Under the pieces are notes generated by a model, which saw only the letters and a list, made by a program, of their open reading frames with translations, had not been told where the DNA came from and ran no database searches. Made by a program: the position numbers and the translations under genes. From an uncultured Candidatus Bathyarchaeia archaeon (GTDB lineage Archaea > Thermoproteota > Bathyarchaeia > Bathyarchaeales > Bathyarchaeaceae), in the NCBI GenBank assembly GCA_964399485.1, contig CAYNQS010000006.1:27656-91655 (forward strand): a DNA stretch of 64,000 nucleotides. The letters are read 5' to 3'. How positions within the stretch are numbered: position 1 is the stretch's first letter; every line of letters begins with the position of its first letter. This document shows positions 49,736-57,356 of this stretch, piece by piece.

Positions 49736-49861
49736 GTGTGCGAGTGCGCGTTTTTTTCTTTGTGGGTGAGAGAGCGGGCGAGCAAGCGGGTGGTCGGTAA
49801 AGCACACACGTACGCGTACGTACACGGATACACGTATACACGCATCCGTGTGAACACGCAT
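49736..49861 (+). repeat. PAL-associated upstream module (copy 1) with alternating purine-pyrimidine tracts
   Basis: Shares the ordered blocks GAGAGAGC, GGT..AAA.GCAC, CACA.TACG..GTACG and ACG...GGGTTTGGG with 62627-62716. Perfect R/Y alternation at 49802-49826 (25 nt) and 49828-49845 (18 nt). Confidence 0.7.
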
Positions 49862-49890
49862 GGGTTTGGGGGTTAAATTTTAGCCCCAAA
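49862..49890. repeat. PAL element copy 3
   Basis: GGGTTTGGGGGTTAAATTTTAGCCCCAAA, between the divergent starts at 49666 (-) and 50037 (+). Confidence 0.9.
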
Positions 49891-50036
49891 TTCACACCCT
49901 TATATATGACAAGCGTATTATGTTAACAAGTAGAATTCTCTTAGTGAATGTTGACAAAAAGCCTATTGCGTTTTGTCGCTTATTTCGGGTATTCTATTAG
50001 AAAAAATATGTAAAAAGAAGGAGGGGGAGTTAGAAT

Positions 50037-50237
50037 ATGTCTATGTCTGGAATTCAATATAAAATGGAGCAAAAGCTTATTCGAAAATTTATGCAAGCAG
50101 GAGCCACTTCTAAGGAGAAAGCTGTAACATTGGAAGAGGCTAGACTTGATATGGAAGAGTATTGTTGGTTAGACTATTTTGCTGGAACTTTTCTTGGCAG
50201 CATAAAGAAGACTAGAGACCATCGATATTACCTCTAG
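50037..50237 (+). CDS. Small hypothetical protein
   Basis: 66-aa ORF preceded by a strong SD-like AAGGAGGGGGAG. No family recognised. Confidence 0.4.
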   Translation: MSMSGIQYKMEQKLIRKFMQAGATSKEKAVTLEEARLDMEEYCWLDYFAGTFLGSIKKTRDHRYYL

Positions 50238-50637
50238 GAGTGCACACATTATACAAAATATTTCAGGGCTTTTGCCGTTTAAGATAGGAAACCGTAAATA
50301 ACATTCCAGTTTCTAGGCGAATATTCTGCACACCTACTAATTCCCACCCTTACTCCCCTAACGTGTTTAATTCTTTTTGGACTTTTTCTATTGTTGGATT
50401 TTTCTCTCTATCATGTCTGCTTAAATGAACCTTTGTCTTAAGTGGAAGCACTTTGTATTCCCATTTTACCAAATTAGAGTAACATCCCCAAACACTAGTA
50501 ATGTTCAATGAAACAGTAAATATCTTTGCTTACTAAATATTTCTCTTTGTGAATGTTTTCAACTATCGCTTATGCTTTCCATTTTAATGTTCTAAATTGC
50601 AGAAGAGTGAAAAGTGAACTTGATAAAACATTGGCGA

Positions 50638-50668
50638 GGCGGGGTTAAATTTTAACCCCAACCCAACC
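50638..50668. repeat. PAL element copy 4
   Basis: GGCGGGGTTAAATTTTAACCCCAACCCAACC. The core 50641-50659 is a perfect 9+1+9 dyad. Flanked by direct repeats GAAGAGTGAAAAGTG (50602-50616) and GAAGAGTGAAAGTG (50685-50698). Confidence 0.9.
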
Positions 50669-50742
50669 ACTGATAGTTGACGCTGAAGAGTGAAAGTGGA
50701 GAATGGCGTCAGCGGCTTACCAACGAAGAGAGGTAAGAAGAC

Positions 50743-51021
50743 TCAAACTTCTGCAGATTTTAGCAATTTTTTCGATAACCCAAGCTCTTTAAATGTTTTG
50801 GTGGTCAATTGTCTAATTCTCTTTTTTAAAGCTTCATTCTCAGGATGAGGATAATATTCTACCTTCTCATTATCTATTAAAATTGCAACTGCAGTAGATT
50901 CACAGTTTCTACACATCCAAAAGCTGGTTCTGTAAGTAATCTCAGAAACCCATTCCATCATTTTGCCACAGTTTTTACATTTCAATAATCTCAGTACCTT
51001 CTCTAATTCTCTATAATCCAT
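50743..51021 (-). CDS. Small Zn-ribbon protein
   Basis: 92 aa. CKNCG...CRNCES Cys pairs. Confidence 0.45.
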   Translation of the reverse strand: MDYRELEKVLRLLKCKNCGKMMEWVSEITYRTSFWMCRNCESTAVAILIDNEKVEYYPHPENEALKKRIRQLTTKTFKELGLSKKLLKSAEV

Positions 51022-51096
51022 TTTCTTTGCCTCACTATGCGCGCACGCAACTATCCATATTTGGTCTTTTCTTAATAATGTTTTATAACGGTTATC

Positions 51097-51121
51097 TTCG
51101 TCGTCGTTCGTCGTCGTTTCG
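51097..51121. repeat. Short tandem repeat (TTCGTCGTCGT x2)
   Basis: TTCGTCGTCGTTCGTCGTCGTTTCG, 9 nt to the left of PAL copy 5. Confidence 0.6.
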
Positions 51122-51127
51122 TTTTTT

Positions 51128-51156
51128 CGTGGGGTTAAATTTTAACCTCAAGCCAA
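51128..51156. repeat. PAL element copy 5
   Basis: CGTGGGGTTAAATTTTAACCTCAAGCCAA, between the start of 50743-51021 (-) and the stop of 51243-51539 (-). Confidence 0.85.
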
Positions 51157-51242
51157 TTTTTTCATTTGAAGGTAGTGTAGGACCTGTGTTCGGGGCATAA
51201 ATACGAAATATAATGGATTGTTAAGACTCTTCAAAAAGTATC

Positions 51243-51539
51243 CTAGGTAGTTTCTAGGGCAGAAAATCCGGTAAGCAGAATTTTGTTTGAGCAATTGTTG
51301 CATCGAATCAATAGACTCTCTAATATATTGTTTCTGACTTTTGGCTCTAAAATAGAGTAAACATCTTCTGTTTCATCGTTAGGCGAAATCTTTGCCCCAC
51401 AGCAAGGACATAAAAAATCACCCTTCCCTTCTAGATCTATTAAACTAATTTTATGCACCAATACCTGCTTCACTTTTCGATCCCCTAGATATGCACCGCT
51501 AATGCCTTCGATAATTAACAAAAAAAGGTTTTTTGTCAA
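51243..51539 (-). CDS. Small Zn-ribbon protein
   Basis: 98 aa. CPCCG...CNNCS Cys pairs. Confidence 0.45.
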   Translation of the reverse strand: MTKNLFLLIIEGISGAYLGDRKVKQVLVHKISLIDLEGKGDFLCPCCGAKISPNDETEDVYSILEPKVRNNILESLLIRCNNCSNKILLTGFSALETT

Positions 51540-51561
51540 GAAAGTTTGACCAAAACTATCG

Positions 51562-51593
51562 TTTGGCTAGTCAAGAAAAATTGACTAAGCAAA
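51562..51593. promoter_or_regulatory. Imperfect inverted repeat (candidate operator) upstream of the 98-aa Zn-ribbon gene
   Basis: TTTGGCTAGTCAA-gaaaaa-TTGACTAAGCAAA (11 of 13 positions complementary), 23-54 nt upstream of the start at 51539. Confidence 0.3.
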
Positions 51594-51755
51594 ATAACAT
51601 TAACAAAATCGAATTTTGGTTAGTTAAATAATTATTTAGCTTTCTTACTGTGGGGGAAAGAAGGGCAGTTTCCTTGTCTTCTGCTCTAGGTTTATTACTT
51701 GCTGGACAAACATAAACTGTTATTTACTTGCTAGGTCAGTATGAAATGAGGGAGT

Positions 51756-52352
51756 TTGGTGAGCAAGGTTATTGTTCCTCCTACATCGGTTGTCCACAAA
51801 ACGGCGGTCATCGGAGAGGGAACACGCGTCTGGAACTTTGTACACGTTAGAGAAAACGCTGAAATAGGCAAGCAATGTGTCCTCGCCGACTACGTTTATG
51901 TGGGCAAAGGAGCAAAAATCGGAAACAACGTAAAGCTTGAGAACCGAGCAACAGTCTATCAGGGAGTAACAATCCAAGACAAAGTTTTTGTTGGTCCTCA
52001 CGTCACCTTCACAAACGACCCTTATCCAAGAAGCTTCAGCACAGACTGGAAAATCCTGCAGACACTCGTGAAAGATGGAGTCTCAATCGGCGCTGGAACA
52101 GTAATACGTTGCGGCGTCACCATAGGAGAATACGCTTTGATAGGCGCAGGCAGCGTAGTAACAGAGGACATACCGCCCCACGCTTTAGCTTACGGAAACC
52201 CAGCTAGAATCAGAGGATTCGTTTGCAGATGCAGCAGAAAACTTGAGACCGAAGAAAAAAGGGAAACCTGCGTTCTGATGAAGTGCCAGTTCTGTAACAA
52301 AGAATACAAGATAGCAGCGGAAGATTATGCCAGACAAAAAAAGGGGGAGTGA
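51756..52352 (+). CDS. Left-handed beta-helix (hexapeptide) sugar N-acetyltransferase, WbpD/WlbB-like, with C-terminal Cys motif
   Basis: 198 aa. Repeated hexapeptide pattern (IGEGTRVWNFVHV, IGKQCVLADYVYV, IGNNVKLENRATV). C-terminal CRCS...CQFC. Confidence 0.8.
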   Translation: MVSKVIVPPTSVVHKTAVIGEGTRVWNFVHVRENAEIGKQCVLADYVYVGKGAKIGNNVKLENRATVYQGVTIQDKVFVGPHVTFTNDPYPRSFSTDWKILQTLVKDGVSIGAGTVIRCGVTIGEYALIGAGSVVTEDIPPHALAYGNPARIRGFVCRCSRKLETEEKRETCVLMKCQFCNKEYKIAAEDYARQKKGE

Positions 52353-53463
52353 AAGACTGCTGAACCGGAAGATTCCGATTGCAAAACCGAACTTTGGAAA
52401 AGAAGAAGAAACTGCAGTGAAGGAGGTTCTGGAATCAGGTATCCTAGCCTCAGGACCGCGAACAAAACAGTTTGAAAAAGAGTTTGCGGAATACATCGGA
52501 GTAAAACACGCTGTTGCCGTGGCTAACGGAACCATAGCCTTAGATGTGGCGCTCAAGTCTCTTAAGTTAGGTCCCGGCGACGAGGTGATAACCTCAGCCT
52601 TTTCTTTCATATCCTCCGGCAACTGCATACTGTTTCAGAACGCAAAGCCTGTCTTCGCCGACATAGACCCCAGAACCTTCAACCTTGACCCCGCAGATGC
52701 TGCCGAGAAGATAACAGCAAAAACCAAGGCAGTAATTCCCATTCACATGTTCGGTCAACCTGCTAACATGGATGCCCTCAAGGAAATCACCGAAGACAAA
52801 GAAATCGCTTTGGTGGAGGATGCTGCCCAAGCCCACGGAACCGAATACAAGGGACAGAAAGCTGGAAGCATAGGAGAAATGGGTTGCTTCAGTTTCTACG
52901 CCACAAAGAACATGACAGCGGGCGAGGGAGGAATGATCACCACGAGCGACGCGGAACTGGCGAGGAAGGCTCGATTACTCATAAATCATGGGCAAAGCCA
53001 GAAGTATCACCATGACACCTTAGGCTACAACTACCGCATAACCGAATTATGCGCTGCCATCGGATCAGTCCAACTCAAGAAACTTGACAAATACAACACT
53101 AAAAGAAGAGAGAACGCGAAGCTTTTGACGCAGGGAATCCGCAAGTTCACGGGTTTAACTGTGCCCTACATAGATAAGGATGTGAAACCTGTCTTCCACC
53201 AGTATGTGGTAAGAGTGGAAGAGAACTACTCCAGAGACAGGGACGAGCTTGCCGATTCTCTAACTGAGAAGGGTGTCGGAGTTGCTGTTCACTACCCCAT
53301 CCCCATTTATAGGCAGCCGCTCTATCTGAAGTTAGGATACAAAGGGACAAAGTGCTCCAATACTGAGGAAGCCTGCAGACGGGTCTTAAGTCTGCCTGTT
53401 CACCCTCTAGTTGACAAAGGAGACATTGAATACATCTTGGCTGTTCTGGAAGAAATTTCTTAG
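52327..53463 (+). CDS. DegT/DnrJ/EryC1/StrS-family PLP-dependent sugar aminotransferase
   Basis: 378 aa. FSFYATKNMTAGEGGMITT (PLP-Lys region) and GDEVITSAFSF. Overlaps the acetyltransferase by 26 nt. Confidence 0.9.
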   Translation: MPDKKRGSERLLNRKIPIAKPNFGKEEETAVKEVLESGILASGPRTKQFEKEFAEYIGVKHAVAVANGTIALDVALKSLKLGPGDEVITSAFSFISSGNCILFQNAKPVFADIDPRTFNLDPADAAEKITAKTKAVIPIHMFGQPANMDALKEITEDKEIALVEDAAQAHGTEYKGQKAGSIGEMGCFSFYATKNMTAGEGGMITTSDAELARKARLLINHGQSQKYHHDTLGYNYRITELCAAIGSVQLKKLDKYNTKRRENAKLLTQGIRKFTGLTVPYIDKDVKPVFHQYVVRVEENYSRDRDELADSLTEKGVGVAVHYPIPIYRQPLYLKLGYKGTKCSNTEEACRRVLSLPVHPLVDKGDIEYILAVLEEIS

Positions 53464-53668
53464 CGACTTCAAATCTTAAAAGCTGCGCACATTTCACCGA
53501 GCAATGCGCTTGAGTAATTGTTGATCTTCTGTGAAAACTGACACTTACTGAAAACTACACGCAAATTGCATCCTTCAAGTCGCTGCTTGAAATGGTGTCT
53601 GTCTCTAAACGTTTGGTAGTAGATGCTATGTTCTATTCGTTGCTCATGTCACTATATCAGACGTCAGT

Positions 53669-54391
53669 TTAGGTCCCAACTCGATTAACGGTTTCGCTTA
53701 ACCATCCCGCCAGAAACTCCACATTGGTTCTGGTCAGATATGTTAGTGTGGTTAAACTTGTGTTAGTTAATGCAGCGTAAGGAATGAAAAGTATCTTAGA
53801 GATAAATCTTCTGAGAATCTGGTACAGGGAATAGTGACCGTAACGATTGTAAGACATTCCTAATTGGAAATGGTTTATTGGGGTACCCAAATGGACTGTT
53901 CCAATGCTGGGTATAATTTTCCAAACGTAACCAGAATCTTCAACATGCTTTTTGAGCAAGTGGTCTTCACCGAAAAAAAGTGGTGGAGGATTATGGTTTA
54001 TCAGCAGTTGTCGTTTAATCAGAACATTGTTGATGAATGGGTTCGTGTCAACTTTGTGGAGTCCAACCAAGGTTTTAACAGCCTTCTCATAAGCTGCTAT
54101 GTGCCTGTTATTTTGGACAGCTACTGTAGCTATTGCCCCAACATTAGGTTCAATATGAGAAAGGACCGTAGGTAACCAATCTTTGGGAATAGAGACATCA
54201 TCGTCAAACATTGCAACATATTCTGTAGATGCCTTCAAGCCTCCATCGACTCTAGCCTTTGAAAGAGGTTTACTATCGATTAGGAAGACTTGACCTATAT
54301 TCTCTTGAGCCTTTATTGACTCGATCAGTTTAGGTGAAACTGTTTTAGGGTCAAGAGTTAGGACAATAGCATCAACCTTCATCTTATTCAC
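53669..54391 (-). CDS. GT2-like glycosyltransferase
   Basis: 240 aa. VDAIVLTLD N-terminus and YVAMFDDDV (DxD) motif. Confidence 0.55.
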   Translation of the reverse strand: MNKMKVDAIVLTLDPKTVSPKLIESIKAQENIGQVFLIDSKPLSKARVDGGLKASTEYVAMFDDDVSIPKDWLPTVLSHIEPNVGAIATVAVQNNRHIAAYEKAVKTLVGLHKVDTNPFINNVLIKRQLLINHNPPPLFFGEDHLLKKHVEDSGYVWKIIPSIGTVHLGTPINHFQLGMSYNRYGHYSLYQILRRFISKILFIPYAALTNTSLTTLTYLTRTNVEFLAGWLSETVNRVGT

Positions 54392-54862
54392 CTTAATGTT
54401 GTTTCATGGCGATGTAATGTTTTTCTTCCACTTTACCTGTTTCTGGCATTCTGCATATGTTTCTACTACACTAGTAAATTTATCTCCAAGTATAATATTG
54501 CTCCGCTTGGTAGGGAAAAGTATGCCACAACAAAACAGTCTAAAGATTCGCTTCGTTTTCCAGCCGCAGAATTATCTTAAGGAGTCGTTCGTTAGCGACA
54601 GGTTTCACTCTTTTTGTTTTGCATAGATCACCCGTCTCCCAAAGTCTGGAACTTCAGAAGTTAAGCCTCTCTGTTACACGAGGTTCAATCTTCAAGAATT
54701 TACATGATTTTCCTATATTAACGATGCTTTTGACAAATAAATCTGAACAAAAAACAATGTAAAATCATATTTAATCCTTGACAAATGCATAATAAATGGC
54801 TAAAAAGTTGAAAGAAAAACAATTAATAGTCTGAGTGTGTTTATAAGCAGGTTGACCTAACA

Positions 54863-55663
54863 ATGAAAAAACTGATATTGGGTCTAGATGGAATGGATTT
54901 TGATATTGCTCTAGATCTAAATCTAACGAACATTCTTCAGATTCAGTTCGGAAGAATTGAAGTTCCTATAAATGAGGTGTTGGGGCAACCTACTTCTCCA
55001 GAAGTGTGGGCTTCTTTTCTTTGTGGAGAACATGTAAAAAAGATGTTCAAGGGTAGAAAGAGAGAGCGGTTGATGAAGTATCTCGTAAAATTGAAAAGAA
55101 TGTTTCCATTCATATCTATGGGGATTGGCAGAAAAATCTGCGGTCAAATAGTTAGTTTTCCAACATTGGATAGGAAAACTTGGGTAGATCTTCCAAATGT
55201 GAAAGAATTCAATTCGCCGTATTACAGTTACACAAACGAGGTTTTTGAATACACCCAGCAGTTTGGCAAAGACAAAGACTTGGACGCGTATAAAAAGAAT
55301 ATTTTAGACCTTTATGAAAGGGATTCTAAAAGAATTATTTCAGAAGTGAATTTGGAAGTGACGCATCCAAGCTGCGACATTCTCTTCTGTTATCTTCATT
55401 TTCCTGACATGTTCAATCATCTCTGGTTCCAAGAGGTGGATGCGCTCTATTCACATTACCGAAAAATGGATGCTTTCGTTAAAGGAATTCTGGATTCGGT
55501 GGGCGATACACACGTGATAATCGTATCGGATCACGGTTTCGATATGTCAAAAGGAGATCACAGCGATTTTGGCTTCATAAGCAGTAACAAGTTCATGAAT
55601 TTTCCAAAAGATATTATGGGCTTAGGTAAGTTGATGTATGAATATGCGGATGTCAACAAATGA
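54863..55663 (+). CDS. Alkaline-phosphatase-superfamily (type I phosphodiesterase/nucleotide pyrophosphatase-like) protein
   Basis: 266 aa. LILGLDGMDFD N-terminus and IIVSDHGFDMSKGDH metal-site-like motif. Confidence 0.5.
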   Translation: MKKLILGLDGMDFDIALDLNLTNILQIQFGRIEVPINEVLGQPTSPEVWASFLCGEHVKKMFKGRKRERLMKYLVKLKRMFPFISMGIGRKICGQIVSFPTLDRKTWVDLPNVKEFNSPYYSYTNEVFEYTQQFGKDKDLDAYKKNILDLYERDSKRIISEVNLEVTHPSCDILFCYLHFPDMFNHLWFQEVDALYSHYRKMDAFVKGILDSVGDTHVIIVSDHGFDMSKGDHSDFGFISSNKFMNFPKDIMGLGKLMYEYADVNK

Positions 55664-56460
55664 ATACTGAAGAATTGGTTTCGAAATCGGTTTACATGCT
55701 GCGAGAAGCAAAAGCGCACTTCAAAAATCCAGTGCTGCTTTGGTCAACGGGGAAGGATTCTACTTTATCTCTAAGTTTGTGTAGGGAAGCATTTGATGGA
55801 AAGGTCCCGTTCCCAGTTCTGTACATCGACACTGGGTTGCAATTTGAGCAAATGTATAACTTCAGAGACAAGATCGCGAAGGATTGGAATCTGGACCTAA
55901 TAGTAGAAAAAAGTGACAAGGCAGGAAAAATTAGTCCCTCGCAAGAAACTCCTAATCAAGTATGTTGTCAAACTTTGAAAACAGATACTGTGAGAGATAC
56001 TATTGAACAGCATGGGTTCGATGCGATGATTATATCAATCTGTAGGGATAAACAGCCAATTGGAAATACAGAAAGAATTTGGAAGCAAAAAAAGAAAACG
56101 GGTACACCATCTGAGAGCCTTCAGGTTGATCCTGTATTTAATCTTCAGACAGATTTTGGTGCCGATTCTAGTTGCACACGTATCAATCCGATTCTGCATT
56201 GGGATGAAATCGCCATTTGGGAGTATACCCAAAAAATGGAGATACCTGTCAACCCGATATATTTTGCCAAAGACGGAGTCAGATATCGATCTCTTGGCTG
56301 TCACCCTTGCACTAACCCTATCGAATCTTCTGCAAAGAACATCGCCGAGATTATTGAAGAACTAAAGGTCGCTAAAGGTCCAGAAAAGTCTGGAAAATCA
56401 CAGGAAGCTAAAGACAAAGAAGAAATTATGAAGAAGCTCAAGGCTATGGGGTATATGTGA
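55660..56460 (+). CDS. cysD: Sulfate adenylyltransferase subunit 2-like (CysD / PAPS-reductase fold)
   Basis: 266 aa. NPVLLWSTGKDSTLSL PP-loop, VPFPVLYIDTG, RYRSLGCHPCT, C-terminal ...KLKAMGYM. 4-nt overlap with the upstream gene. Confidence 0.7.
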   Translation: MNTEELVSKSVYMLREAKAHFKNPVLLWSTGKDSTLSLSLCREAFDGKVPFPVLYIDTGLQFEQMYNFRDKIAKDWNLDLIVEKSDKAGKISPSQETPNQVCCQTLKTDTVRDTIEQHGFDAMIISICRDKQPIGNTERIWKQKKKTGTPSESLQVDPVFNLQTDFGADSSCTRINPILHWDEIAIWEYTQKMEIPVNPIYFAKDGVRYRSLGCHPCTNPIESSAKNIAEIIEELKVAKGPEKSGKSQEAKDKEEIMKKLKAMGYM

Positions 56461-56757
56461 TTTGATTCATTTCTTGTCTCATAATTGTAAGCTTGGTTTG
56501 TGGAGCAATAGCCAAATCACTGGGCATAAGATATGGTGTATTTAGCACAAGCATATTGCTTTCGTTTGGGTTTGCTCTAGCCATTTTAAGTGCAAGTATT
56601 CATGTTGCTGAAGTTTTGTGGATATCATAAGTGGGGTTAGTCATTGGAAATTCGAAGATATAGACAAAGGTATGATTTTGATGAAATCACAAAGGAAAGA
56701 AAAACTTCGAAATAAAAGATTGCAAGAGAATCCAGAAAAACATGAGCAACGGAAGAG

Positions 56758-56988
56758 TTATTTGTTCTCCTCATTTTCCAGTTGCCGAAGTCTCTTGAGG
56801 AACCTGTTCGTGGGAGGATCAAGTTTTACTTTCTGTCTTGTTTCATCCAGTTCGATGAAGTTATAGCTTGCCAGAAATTTTGTGACATTCTCAACATTGA
56901 TGCTGTCTAGTTGAGCTTCCTTTTCTATATCCTTTAGATGATGCCATTTTCCGTTCTCCAGTAACCGCAGAATAGTCTCAGCAGGCAC
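56758..56988 (-). CDS. Small winged-helix-like protein (paralog of 14251-14487)
   Basis: 76 aa. ILRLLENGKWHHLKDIEKEA aligns with ILWFLKDGKWHELEEITEKL of the 78-aa ORF at 14251-14487. Confidence 0.5.
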   Translation of the reverse strand: MPAETILRLLENGKWHHLKDIEKEAQLDSINVENVTKFLASYNFIELDETRQKVKLDPPTNRFLKRLRQLENEENK

Positions 56989-57118
56989 TATGAATCCTCC
57001 TTCAGTTTCATCAGTTAGGTATGAAGCGCTTAAATGGCTTCTGAAGTTATTTTCCAGAAAAAAACTCTAGAAAATTGAATCTCAACTATCACAATCGAGA
57101 GAAAACTGTTATTGGCAT

Positions 57119-57137
57119 GGTTTGGGGTTGAATACTA
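57119..57137. repeat. PAL element, degenerate copy (left arm only)
   Basis: GGTTTGGGGTTGAATAC. The first 11 nt are identical to the left arm of the consensus. Overlaps the stop of the 57135-57356 ORF. Confidence 0.5.
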
Positions 57138-57356
57138 GGTCTGGTTTTCTGTTTTCTCGTGGTCTGCGTAGTAGCTGAGTCCCGCCGTTACTCCGGTGGA
57201 TACCGCGAACCACAGAATCATGGCTGTAACGTTTCCCTGAGTGACGATGTATGATAGGGCAATGGAGGCGCCGTGGACAACCGCGAGAATGGCAGAGAGT
57301 TTTGGTTTAAATTCTAATCCCATGACATCACTTCCAGTCACGGTTTGTTTTCCCAC
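57135..57356 (-). CDS. Small two-TM membrane protein (holin-like topology)
   Basis: 73 aa with two hydrophobic helices. Start overlaps the 3' end of the portal-like gene by 19 nt. Confidence 0.4.
   Translation of the reverse strand: MGKQTVTGSDVMGLEFKPKLSAILAVVHGASIALSYIVTQGNVTAMILWFAVSTGVTAGLSYYADHEKTENQT

Noticed and set aside
50238-50600. About 360 nt of non-coding DNA. On the minus strand there is a 55-codon open frame ending ...WEYKVLPLKTKVHLSRHDREKNPTIEKVQKELNTLGE-stop.
   Set aside because: There is no ATG/GTG/TTG start in frame after the upstream stop and no recognisable family. It is probably a decayed gene remnant, so it is not called as CDS or pseudogene.
56461-56630. Small hydrophobic ORF (...VCGAIAKSLGIRYGVFSTSILLSFGFALAILSASIHVAEVLWIS-stop) after cysD.
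   Set aside because: It has no ATG start (only a possible internal TTG), no SD-like motif and no family. The evidence is insufficient to call it.
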